Positions 25,835-34,621 of a stretch of DNA of 52,369 bases are shown piece by piece. Location of the stretch: NCBI GenBank assembly GCA_041659005.1, contig JBAZZD010000004.1, positions 1-52,369 on the forward strand, written 5' to 3'. This DNA comes from Minisyncoccota bacterium. GTDB taxonomy: Bacteria > Patescibacteriota > Minisyncoccia > UBA6257 > GWB1-50-10. A program made the translations under genes and the position numbers. Positions within the stretch are counted from its first letter, which is position 1. Each line of letters starts with the position of its first letter. The notes beneath the pieces are model-generated. The model did not search any database. It was not told the origin of the DNA and worked only from the letters and a program-made list of their open reading frames with translations.

Positions 25835-27439
25835 ATGAAAATCCGATTTTATATAATTACAGGATTTTTTACTTTGTTGTTTACCCTTCTCGGCGTGAAT
25901 CTGTATCAGCTTCAAATCGAGAAGGGCAAGGATTTTACGAGTAAAATTGAAGCACAAAATGCTTCACGAGAAGAACTTAATCTCCGAAGGGGGAGTATTT
26001 TATTTTCAAACCGTTCAGGAGATGAGATTCAAGTTGCTCTTAATAAAGATTTTCCTATTGTATATGCGGTACCAAAGGAAATTGAAAATGCAAAAGAAAC
26101 TGCGCGTACAATCGCTGCATTATTTTCGCTTGATGAGGCAAAACTTGAGAAAGATTTTTCTAATAAAAAAAGTCTATTTAAGCTTTTGAAGAATAAGGCA
26201 GACAATTCAACACTTGCTTCTGTTCGTTCACTTAATATAAAAGGGATTTACACTGACACAAAACAGTATCGATATTATCCATTCAATGAACTCGCAAGTT
26301 CGCTTATTGGATTTGTCGGGGTAAATGAAGATGCAAGTGAACCAATTGGGTTATATGGAATTGAGAAAATGTATGATGAAATACTTGCGCGAGGCGATCA
26401 AGTTTCATTTACCATTGATAGAGAAATACAAGCAAAGGCAGAACAAACACTTGAAGAGCTTTTGATTGCACATAATGGAACTGCTGCAACAATTGTGGTA
26501 CAGGAACCAGTTACTGGGAAAATACTTGCACTTGCAAACAAGCCAAGTTTCAATCCGAATGAGTATGAAGATTCGTCTACACAGAATTTTATGAATACTG
26601 CGGTGCAATATGTGTATGAGCCCGGTTCGGTGTTTAAGCCATTCACTATGTCTGCAGGAATTGATTCTGGCGCGATCACTCCGGATACAACCTATGTTGA
26701 TACGGGAAGCGTGACACTAAATGGGGCAACAATTCGAAATTGGGATTTAAAGGCACACGGGAAAGTTACAATGACGAATGCAATTGAGCTTTCATTAAAT
26801 ACCGCAACAGTGTTTGCTGAACAAAAAACTGGGCATAAAACATTTCATGAATATTTAAAAAAATATGGCTTTGGTGAGTTGAGTGAAATTGATCTTCCCG
26901 ACGAGGTGCGCGGAAGCATAAAAAACTTAGAACGAAAAGAAGTGCGTGATGTTGATTATGCGACCGCAGCATATGGACAAGGGGTTTCACTTACTCCAAT
27001 TCAACTCATTGCCGCATTTTCTGCGATTGCAAACGGTGGCGTGTTGATGAAGCCATATGTACGTACAAGCGAAACGCCGTATGTAGTTCGTCGTGTAATA
27101 AAAAAGGAAACAGCAGACAAAGTTCGCATGATGATGGAATCTGCCGTTGATAAAGCAAGAATTGCGGCGATCCCAAATTATCACGTAGCGGGTAAAACAG
27201 GTACTGCATTTATTCCCGATTTTAAGCGAGGTGGATATACAGAAGATCTGATACAGACTTTTGTTGGTTTTGCGCCCGCGACCAATCCGAAGTTCGTGAT
27301 TTTAATAAAACTTGATAAACCAAATAAAGAACTTGCGGGACTTACTGTTGTTCCTGCGTTCAAAACATTTGCACAATTTATCTTGAATTATTACAATATT
27401 CCTCCTGATCGAATTGGAGAACAAATTAAATCACAATGA
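25835..27439 (+). CDS. ftsI: Penicillin-binding protein (FtsI/PBP3-type transpeptidase)
   Basis: N-terminal TM helix. SxxK (GSVFKP), SxN (SLN) and KTG (KTGTA). dcw context. Confidence 0.85.
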   Translation: MKIRFYIITGFFTLLFTLLGVNLYQLQIEKGKDFTSKIEAQNASREELNLRRGSILFSNRSGDEIQVALNKDFPIVYAVPKEIENAKETARTIAALFSLDEAKLEKDFSNKKSLFKLLKNKADNSTLASVRSLNIKGIYTDTKQYRYYPFNELASSLIGFVGVNEDASEPIGLYGIEKMYDEILARGDQVSFTIDREIQAKAEQTLEELLIAHNGTAATIVVQEPVTGKILALANKPSFNPNEYEDSSTQNFMNTAVQYVYEPGSVFKPFTMSAGIDSGAITPDTTYVDTGSVTLNGATIRNWDLKAHGKVTMTNAIELSLNTATVFAEQKTGHKTFHEYLKKYGFGELSEIDLPDEVRGSIKNLERKEVRDVDYATAAYGQGVSLTPIQLIAAFSAIANGGVLMKPYVRTSETPYVVRRVIKKETADKVRMMMESAVDKARIAAIPNYHVAGKTGTAFIPDFKRGGYTEDLIQTFVGFAPATNPKFVILIKLDKPNKELAGLTVVPAFKTFAQFILNYYNIPPDRIGEQIKSQ

Positions 27440-27544
27440 ATCCCGTTAGAAAACGAACAAATATTAGTGGGTTTCCTATAGTGTTTTTATTTAATTTATT
27501 ACTATCTATGTCGAAAAAACAAAATTGTCATATCTTCTAACGGG
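27440..27544 (+). repeat. Inverted-repeat element copy 5, between ftsI and murF
   Basis: ATCCCGTTAGAA (27440-27451) and TTCTAACGGG (27535-27544), abutting the murF ATG at 27545. Confidence 0.8.
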
Positions 27545-28858
27545 ATGAAAAAATTTATGATTTCCATACTTCAGGGCATTTTGAAATATATTGCACGGGC
27601 AATAATTGCCAAATATAATCCAATGATTATTGGAATTACAGGGAGTGTTGGGAAGACATCCGCAAAAGAAGCGGTGCGCAATGTTATTGCGCGCGAGCGA
27701 ATAGTACGTGCGCCGTCAAAGAATTTTAATAACGAGCTTGGACTTCCACTTGCAATTATTGGTGATTTCGAATCAATTGGCGGGATTTTGTTCTGGATTT
27801 TTGTATTATGCAAAGGTGTTTATATCATCATTATTAGAAATAAATCCTATCCAGAGGTTTTGATACTTGAATATGGTGTTGATCGTCCTGGAGATATGAA
27901 AAAATTACTTGATATCGCTCGTCCTCATGTTGGAATTTTTTCTGCTATGGGAAAAGTACCGGTACACATTGAATATTTTACTGGTCCAGATCAGGTAGCA
28001 AAAGAAAAAACAAAGTTGATCGCACAACTTCCTGCTACTGGATTTGCGATTTTAAATGCAGACGATCCATTGGTGATGCGCGCAAAAAATGATACTCGTG
28101 CACAGATACTAACGTTTGGGATGAGCGAACATGCTGATGTGAGAATTAGTAATTTCTCAAATCACTTTGATGGTCACAATACTGAAATTTCAATGAAACT
28201 TACGTACGGTGGAAGCTTTGTTCCTGTTCGTATTAATGGGGCACTTGGGGAATCACAAGCATTTACCTCCGCAATTGCGTGTGCAGTTGGATTGGTATTT
28301 GGAATGAATCTTGTCTCAATCGCTGAATTGCTTTCAAAATATGAAGCGCCAGCAGGACGATTACGATGTATACAAGGAATTCGTGAATCAATGATTATTG
28401 ATGACACATACAACGCATCGCCAAAGGCGATGGAGAATGCGGTTGATACACTTGCGTCACTTCCAGCACGAAGACATATCGCAGTGCTCGGTGATATGTT
28501 AGAGCTTGGGAAATATACTCTCGAGGCACACGAAGAAATTGGGAAAATGATAAAAAAGAAAGGAATTGATATATTAATAACTCTTGGACTTCGAGGAAAA
28601 TTGATTGCGGAAGCAGCGCAAAATGCTGGAATGTCATCAAAATCAATATTTATTGCGGACACTATTGATGAGGTTGTTCATTTTCTCGAGACAAAAATTC
28701 AGAAAAGTGACTTGTTATTAGTAAAAGGATCACAAGGTGTTCGAATGGAGAGAATTGTAAAACGAATTATGGCAGAGCCTGAACATGCATACGATCGTAT
28801 CGCTCGCCAAAATTCAGAATGGATTGTAAAGAAGGGAATGTATGATGAGGGGGAGTAG
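27545..28858 (+). CDS. murF: UDP-MurNAc-tripeptide--D-Ala-D-Ala ligase MurF
   Basis: Mur ligase P-loop GITGSVGKTS. Central and C-terminal Mur ligase domains (DDTYNASP, LVKGSQGVRME). Confidence 0.9.
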   Translation: MKKFMISILQGILKYIARAIIAKYNPMIIGITGSVGKTSAKEAVRNVIARERIVRAPSKNFNNELGLPLAIIGDFESIGGILFWIFVLCKGVYIIIIRNKSYPEVLILEYGVDRPGDMKKLLDIARPHVGIFSAMGKVPVHIEYFTGPDQVAKEKTKLIAQLPATGFAILNADDPLVMRAKNDTRAQILTFGMSEHADVRISNFSNHFDGHNTEISMKLTYGGSFVPVRINGALGESQAFTSAIACAVGLVFGMNLVSIAELLSKYEAPAGRLRCIQGIRESMIIDDTYNASPKAMENAVDTLASLPARRHIAVLGDMLELGKYTLEAHEEIGKMIKKKGIDILITLGLRGKLIAEAAQNAGMSSKSIFIADTIDEVVHFLETKIQKSDLLLVKGSQGVRMERIVKRIMAEPEHAYDRIARQNSEWIVKKGMYDEGE

Positions 28859-28860
28859 GT

Positions 28861-28947
28861 AATACGCTCATCTCATATATTCTTTCGAACTGTCTCCGGG
28901 GCGACGCCCAAGTCTTAGTCCTCAAGAATATATGAGATAAGCGTATT
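28861..28947. repeat. Long hairpin (24-bp stem) at the end of the dcw operon, probably a terminator
   Basis: Arms aatacgctcatctcatatattctt (28861-28884) and aagaatatatgagataagcgtatt (28924-28947), one mismatch. GC-rich loop with ggggcgacgccc. Followed by TTTTG. Confidence 0.7.
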
Positions 28948-29044
28948 TTGATGTTGGGGGGTGTTTAGAAAGATTAGAGAAGATACGAATAATCAAAAAT
29001 TACTTGCAAATAAAGCGAAAATGACGCATAAATAAGTTCAGCTT

Positions 29045-29116
29045 GGTCCCATCGTCTAACGGTTAGGACATTGCCCTCTCACGGCGAAAATAGGAGTTCG
29101 ATTCTCCTTGGGACTA
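29045..29116 (+). tRNA. tRNA-Glu (anticodon CTC)
   Basis: Hand-folded. Acceptor ggtccca/tgggact (G1-U72), D-arm tcgtctaacggttaggac, anticodon stem ttgcc/ggcga with loop ctCTCac, T-arm aggag-ttcgatt-ctcct. Confidence 0.85.
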
Positions 29117-29122
29117 CAAGAA

Positions 29123-29147
29123 AACCCGACTATCTGTCGGGTTTTGA
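29123..29147 (+). terminator. Terminator after tRNA-Glu
   Basis: Stem aacccgac/gtcgggtt with loop tatct, then TTT. Confidence 0.75.
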
Positions 29148-29234
29148 ATTTTAAATTATTCAATTTCAAATTTTAAATAAGCGGAATGTTTTTGCTCATT
29201 TATTGTAATAGTGTTTTAATTAATAAATTAAGAG

Positions 29235-29897
29235 ATGTTAACTGATTTAATAACTTTTATTACGCCGTTTATTCAACACTATGGTGCGTGGGGGGTTTTT
29301 GTTATTTCGATTGTTGAAGAAGTCATTGCTCCGATTCCATCTTCGTTTGCACTTCTTGGTGCTGGTTTTTTTCTTCTTCCTGCATATGATTCATTTTCCA
29401 GTGTTCTCTTTCAATCAATTTTTAAAGTAGTGATTCCTGGAGGTCTCGGACTTGCAATTGGTTCTTTGTTTGTATATGCGCTCGTCTATCTTGAGGGTGA
29501 GCCAATTATTCGAAAATATGGAAAGTGGTTTGGTATTCATTGGAGCGATATTGAGAGAATAGACAGTAAAATGAAAAAAGGAAAAGCAGAGGAGTGGATA
29601 CTATTTGCATTGCGCGCATTACCTATTGTTCCTAATATCGCAATATCTGCAATGTGTGGATTAATAAAATATCCAGTTAAACGATATTTTCTTATCACAT
29701 TTTTAGGAAGTGCATTGCGCGCATTTTTAATGGGAATTTTAGGATGGTCACTCGGAGAGGCATATGTCATTTACGCGAGCCAAATTGAAGAATTTGGGGC
29801 CTATGTTTTATATGGATTTTTTGGATTGTGTATGATTTGGATTCTTTACTTTTTTATACAAAAATTTCGCAAAAAACATAAGAAAAATGAGGGATAA
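29235..29897 (+). CDS. dedA: DedA/VTT-family membrane protein
   Basis: 220 aa. N-terminal YGAWGVFVISIVEEVIAPIPSS and a later ALRALPIVPN re-entrant motif, typical of DedA. Confidence 0.8.
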   Translation: MLTDLITFITPFIQHYGAWGVFVISIVEEVIAPIPSSFALLGAGFFLLPAYDSFSSVLFQSIFKVVIPGGLGLAIGSLFVYALVYLEGEPIIRKYGKWFGIHWSDIERIDSKMKKGKAEEWILFALRALPIVPNIAISAMCGLIKYPVKRYFLITFLGSALRAFLMGILGWSLGEAYVIYASQIEEFGAYVLYGFFGLCMIWILYFFIQKFRKKHKKNEG

Positions 29898-30000
29898 TCC
29901 CACTCATTTGTCCAGTGAATGCATTGTTATTTACACGCCATTTGTGATATAATTGATAAAAAGAAGGACGCAGAAAAAGGCGTTTTTTCTTTGGAAATTT

Positions 30001-31920
30001 ATGGCAGAAAAAACAAAGAAACAATCATCATATAGCGCAAAAGATATACAAGTACTTGAGGGATTAGAGCCAGTACGGAAGCGTCCTGGAATGTATATTG
30101 GTACTACGGGGCCGGAGGGATTACACCATCTTGTATGGGAAATTGTAAATAATTCAATAGACGAGGCAATGGCAGGATATGCAAAAACGATACAAGTAGA
30201 ACTTTTAAATGATGGAGGAGTGAGAGTAGAAGATGATGGTCGCGGAATTCCCGTTGACATTCATCCGAAGACAAAAAAATCCGCACTTGAAACTGCACTT
30301 TGTACGCTTCATGCGGGAGGAAAATTTGATGGGGCATCATATAAAGTTTCAGGTGGACTTCATGGGGTTGGCGTTTCGGTAGTGAATGCGCTTTCGACTT
30401 ACATGAAAGCAGAGGTGAATAAAGATGGGGGAGTATATGTGCAAGAATATAAACGTGGTGCTCCACAGTATAATGTAAAAAAAGTTGGGACAACAAAAAA
30501 AACTGGGACAACTATTACTTTTTATCCCGATCCAGAAATTTTTCCAAAAACAGACTTTGATTTAAAGAAAATTTTAGATTATTTACGCAATCAGGCATAT
30601 CTTACCAAAAGTGTGAGAATTAATACCGCGGATTATCGTGAGGCAGTTCCGTCGTATTATAGTTTTTATTTTGAAGGGGGACTTTTATCCCTGCTTGATT
30701 ATTTACTCGGAAACAGAGATTCATTACACTCGAATCCTTTTTATGCACAGAAGGAAATTGATGGAATTGATGTTGAGGTTGCATTTACTTATACCGATGA
30801 TGTAGAACCTGAAGAACTAAGCTTCGCAAATAATATTTTTACTCCAGACGGCGGGACTCATCTTACTGGGTTTCGTGCGGCGCTCACACGAACACTTAAT
30901 GATTACGCTCGTCGTGAAGGATATCTCAAGGAATCAGAGGAAAATCTTACTGGTGATGATGTTCGAGAGGGAATTGTTGCGGCAGTTTCAGTTAAAATTC
31001 GCGAGCCGCAATTTGAAGGACAGACAAAGGCGCGACTCGGAAATACGGAAGCGCGTGCTGCAGTTGAAACGGCGGTTTCTGATGCGCTTAAAGAGTTTTT
31101 AGAGAGATACGGCGCCGATGCAAGAAAAATATTAGAAAAGAATCTTCTTGCAGCAAAAGCACGAAAAGCGGCAAAAGCGGCAAAAGATACAGTACTTCGC
31201 AAGGGTGCATTTGAGGGACTCACATTACCAGGAAAACTTGCGGATTGTAGCTCACGAAAGGCAGAGGATTCTGAATTGTTCATTGTTGAGGGAGATTCTG
31301 CGGGAGGTTCTTGTAAGCAGGGACGAGATCGAAGAACGCAGGCGGTACTCCCACTAAAAGGAAAAATTTTAAATGTAGAAAAAGCACGTATTGATAAGAT
31401 GCTACTCAATAAGGAAATTCGTTCTCTTGTTGTGGCACTCGGAACGGCAATTTCTGATCAGTTTGATATTGCGAAATTACGGTATCATAAAGTAATACTT
31501 ATGACCGATGCAGATGTTGACGGGGCGCATATTCGCACATTATTGCTCACTTTATTTTATCGATATTTTCCAAAAATTATTGAGGGTGGGTTTTTGTATA
31601 TTGCACAACCGCCATTGTACCGAGTGCAAAAAGGGAAAGAATTTCATTACGCATTTGCAGAAAAAGAACGCGATATATTTACAAAGCAGCTTGGTGGAGA
31701 AGGAGTAACAATTCAACGATATAAAGGTTTAGGAGAGATGAATCCATCACAATTGTGGGAAACTACGCTTGACCCAGTGAATAGGATATTAAAACAGGTT
31801 AATATTTCTGACGCAGTTGCGACAGATAGGATGTTTGATATTTTGATGGGAGAGGCGGTTGAGCCACGAAAGAATTTTATTCAGGCGCATGCCACAAGCG
31901 TGAAAGATCTCGACATTTAA
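30001..31920 (+). CDS. gyrB: DNA gyrase subunit B
   Basis: GHKL ATPase ([31 protein letters not shown]), Toprim (EL(F)[33 protein letters not shown]). The ATG at 30001 gives a canonical N-terminus. Confidence 0.97.
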   Translation: MAEKTKKQSSYSAKDIQVLEGLEPVRKRPGMYIGTTGPEGLHHLVWEIVNNSIDEAMAGYAKTIQVELLNDGGVRVEDDGRGIPVDIHPKTKKSALETALCTLHAGGKFDGASYKVSGGLHGVGVSVVNALSTYMKAEVNKDGGVYVQEYKRGAPQYNVKKVGTTKKTGTTITFYPDPEIFPKTDFDLKKILDYLRNQAYLTKSVRINTADYREAVPSYYSFYFEGGLLSLLDYLLGNRDSLHSNPFYAQKEIDGIDVEVAFTYTDDVEPEELSFANNIFTPDGGTHLTGFRAALTRTLNDYARREGYLKESEENLTGDDVREGIVAAVSVKIREPQFEGQTKARLGNTEARAAVETAVSDALKEFLERYGADARKILEKNLLAAKARKAAKAAKDTVLRKGAFEGLTLPGKLADCSSRKAEDSELFIVEGDSAGGSCKQGRDRRTQAVLPLKGKILNVEKARIDKMLLNKEIRSLVVALGTAISDQFDIAKLRYHKVILMTDADVDGAHIRTLLLTLFYRYFPKIIEGGFLYIAQPPLYRVQKGKEFHYAFAEKERDIFTKQLGGEGVTIQRYKGLGEMNPSQLWETTLDPVNRILKQVNISDAVATDRMFDILMGEAVEPRKNFIQAHATSVKDLDI

Positions 31921-31953
31921 TGATTTTGTTGGTACTATAGACATACAAATATT

Positions 31954-32142
31954 ATGGGAGCAAAAATTCATACATTTTTACAAGAAACTCGACAGGAGTT
32001 AAAGCGCGTAAATTGGCCGTCAAAACAAGAAACAACTCGATATACGGTATTTGTTATTATATTTTCCGCATGCTTTGCTATCTTTTTAGGGATTCTCGAT
32101 TACGGATTTGTATACGTTTTGGAGCAGGTGGTAATAGGCTAA
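31954..32142 (+). CDS. secE: Preprotein translocase subunit SecE
   Basis: 62 aa. ETRQELKRVNWPSKQE followed by a single TM helix. Upstream of nusG. Confidence 0.8.
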   Translation: MGAKIHTFLQETRQELKRVNWPSKQETTRYTVFVIIFSACFAIFLGILDYGFVYVLEQVVIG

Positions 32143-32158
32143 TTATAAAAAAATTACT

Positions 32159-32731
32159 ATGGCAGAACGAAAACAAAAAGAAAAAACAACACTCTCGCGA
32201 GAGCGTCATTGGTATGCGATTCACACCTATTCCGGGTACGAAGATGCAGTAGTGCGTTACCTAAAACAGCGCATTGATTCGATGTTTATGTCAGATAAAA
32301 TTTTTAGTGTTATTGTTCCAAAGGAGGTAAAAATAAAAGTAAAGGGAGGAAAACGATATACTCATGAAGAGAAAATTTATCCGGGATATGTGCTTGTTGA
32401 TATGGTTCTTGATCATGATTCATGGTCGGTGGTGCGAAATACTCCACGGGTTACAGGATTTATTGGGGCTGACACTACTACGCCAACGCCACTTTCTGAT
32501 GCAGAAGTAAAAGAGTTACTCTCAAAGATGGAGGGAGGAGATGAACATACAAAGTTCACTGTTGATTTAAAAATTGATGACGTAGTGAAAATTACCGATG
32601 GACCGTTCAAAGAACAAGAAGGAAAGATTGCAGAAATCGACGAGGAACACGGAAAGGTAAAAGTGCTTGTCCCAATTTTTGGGAGAGATACGCTTTTAGA
32701 ACTTGATTCTCTTCAAGTTAGAAAGATTTAG
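32159..32731 (+). CDS. nusG: Transcription termination/antitermination factor NusG
   Basis: NGN domain (WYAIHTYSGYE) and C-terminal KOW (VKITDGPFKEQEGKIAEID). Confidence 0.93.
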   Translation: MAERKQKEKTTLSRERHWYAIHTYSGYEDAVVRYLKQRIDSMFMSDKIFSVIVPKEVKIKVKGGKRYTHEEKIYPGYVLVDMVLDHDSWSVVRNTPRVTGFIGADTTTPTPLSDAEVKELLSKMEGGDEHTKFTVDLKIDDVVKITDGPFKEQEGKIAEIDEEHGKVKVLVPIFGRDTLLELDSLQVRKI

Positions 32732-32798
32732 TTTTTTTGAATATATCTATTGACGATAAGGGTAAACAAAGGTAAGCTAACACTCGAGTTATAGTATT

Positions 32799-33224
32799 AT
32801 GGGAAAACCGATAAAAACAGTATTAAAACTTCAAATTGCAGCAGGAAAAGCAAATCCAGCGCCACCTATTGGTCCAGCGCTTGGGCAGCACGGAGTAAAT
32901 ATTGCGCAATTCTGTCAGCAATTTAATGCTGCGACGCAAGAATTTGCTGGAGATATTATCCCTGCAGAAATTACCATTTTTGAAGATCGAACATTTGAAT
33001 TTAAATTAAAAACCTCGCCATCCTCAGCACTTCTTCGGAAGTATGCTGGTGTGGAAAAAGGATCGGCAACACCACACACGAAAAAGGTTGGGAAGGTTAC
33101 ACAAGCTCAACTTCGTGAGATTGCAGAAAAAAAGATGGAAGACTTAAATGCACACGATGTAGAAGCAGCAATGAAGATCATCGAAGGTAGCGCACGAAAT
33201 ATGGGAATAGAAATTATTGACTAG
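32799..33224 (+). CDS. rplK: 50S ribosomal protein L11
   Basis: [25 protein letters not shown] is the L11 N-terminal signature. Confidence 0.95.
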   Translation: MGKPIKTVLKLQIAAGKANPAPPIGPALGQHGVNIAQFCQQFNAATQEFAGDIIPAEITIFEDRTFEFKLKTSPSSALLRKYAGVEKGSATPHTKKVGKVTQAQLREIAEKKMEDLNAHDVEAAMKIIEGSARNMGIEIID

Positions 33225-33226
33225 TA

Positions 33227-33253
33227 AAAACCCCGCCGAGGCGGGGTTTTTAG
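33227..33253 (+). terminator. Rho-independent terminator directly after rplK
   Basis: Stem aaaaccccgc/gcggggtttt with loop cgag, plus a T-run. Confidence 0.85.
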
Positions 33254-33305
33254 TTTCCATCCATTTGTTTCGTTGAATAGACATTGAAGAAGTTTATTGT
33301 GCTCA

Positions 33306-33333
33306 TTGCATATATTTTTGGCTAGTATAGAAT
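33306..33333 (+). promoter_or_regulatory. Promoter of the zinc-ribbon / Tmk-like pair
   Basis: TTGCAT-N16-TAGAAT. The tracked ATG at 33332 overlaps the -10, so the start is taken at 33374. Confidence 0.5.
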
Positions 33334-33373
33334 GCAATTATTCATTAACAATTTACAAAGAAAGAGATTTTTT

Positions 33374-33694
33374 ATGTCTAATCTTGGAACAAAAAAAATT
33401 GTGTTCAAGATTATAGATTTGGACACAGAAATAGAGACTCGATTAAGAGAATTACAAAAAAGGTGTCCTCATTCAATTATTTTTGGGAAACACGATAGTT
33501 TTGACCACTATATATGTCCAAAATGTGGAAAGAGAGATACTTCTTTTGGCCATGGAGGCTGGGACTTGAACAGCAAAGATATTAAATGGATTTCAAGTGT
33601 AGCTTTTGATTCCATTTTTAAGGAAAAGGAAATTGTCCTTTTATCTAAAGACGCAATTAATAAAATTATTAAGAATATATTGGAGAAAATATGA
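33374..33694 (+). CDS. Small hypothetical protein with a putative zinc-binding motif
   Basis: 106 aa. CPH...x16...CPKCG pattern. ATGA overlap with the next gene. Confidence 0.45.
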   Translation: MSNLGTKKIVFKIIDLDTEIETRLRELQKRCPHSIIFGKHDSFDHYICPKCGKRDTSFGHGGWDLNSKDIKWISSVAFDSIFKEKEIVLLSKDAINKIIKNILEKI

Positions 33695-34494
33695 AAAAAG
33701 GAATTTATATTTTAGTTGAATGTCCATCGGGATCAGGTAAATCTTCAAGAGCAATGGATATCTTCAAATTATTGAAGGAGAAAGGAATCCCAGCAATTTT
33801 CAATTCACAACCAACAAAGAAGAATCCCTTTGGGTTCGTTATTCGCGAGTTAATCGAGAGGAGAAATTCATCTGATGAATTGCTTTTCTTGTTTGAGAAG
33901 AAGATTGACGAGTTGTGGAGAATTCTAAAAGATCGATTGCATTCAACAGATGATTTGACTCTTGTGGAAAGATTCATTGGAAGTCTTGGTGTAGTGCCAG
34001 ATCTTTTGCGAGGAAATCGCAGCAACGAAATATCAGAACGAGTGCGCCAGAGCATATTCTGTGCCGATGGATTGTTTGATTTGATTGAAACAATACTTCC
34101 GGCATTAGAGAGGGGTGAGTGTGTTGTGCAAGATAGGGAGCGTACAAGCTCACTTACTTATGGATCAGCGCATGGAGTTCCATTTTTAGAAAATCTTAAA
34201 ATTCATCAGCTTATTATTGGAGAATTTTATAGAAAACCGGACATTTTTTTCTATATTGATACCTCTGCTGAAACATGTGTTGAGCATCTAGCAAAATCTG
34301 GAAAGGTGCTTGATATATATGAAAAGAAAGAAAGTTTAGTGAAGACTATTGATGAATATGGAGCAATGCTTTCCTATTTCAACGAAAATCCGGAGATTGG
34401 ATATACCAACATTTTTTGTATAAATGGAGAGCAAGATGAGAAGAAGGTTTTTAATGACATGATTGATGTTCTTAAATTTTTTAATGTTATTTAA
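33691..34494 (+). CDS. Thymidylate kinase-like P-loop kinase with an internal insertion
   Basis: P-loop ECPSGSGKSS. DRERTSSLTYG resembles the Tmk DRYxxSxxAYQ motif. At 267 aa it is longer than a typical Tmk, with an extra segment after the P-loop region. Confidence 0.55.
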   Translation: MKKGIYILVECPSGSGKSSRAMDIFKLLKEKGIPAIFNSQPTKKNPFGFVIRELIERRNSSDELLFLFEKKIDELWRILKDRLHSTDDLTLVERFIGSLGVVPDLLRGNRSNEISERVRQSIFCADGLFDLIETILPALERGECVVQDRERTSSLTYGSAHGVPFLENLKIHQLIIGEFYRKPDIFFYIDTSAETCVEHLAKSGKVLDIYEKKESLVKTIDEYGAMLSYFNENPEIGYTNIFCINGEQDEKKVFNDMIDVLKFFNVI

Positions 34495-34497
34495 ATT

Positions 34498-34526
34498 GTG
34501 CCCCGCTTTATGGTGGGGCTTTTTTG
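34498..34526 (+). terminator. Rho-independent terminator
   Basis: Stem gcccc/ggggc followed by a T6 run. Confidence 0.6.
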
Positions 34527-34621
34527 ACTTTTAATTTTCGAACCTTGATAATATACTTAATCGTCAATGTGTGTATTTCAGTACTTTTGAGTTTTGATTT
34601 TTGCATTTTGACCTAATATTT

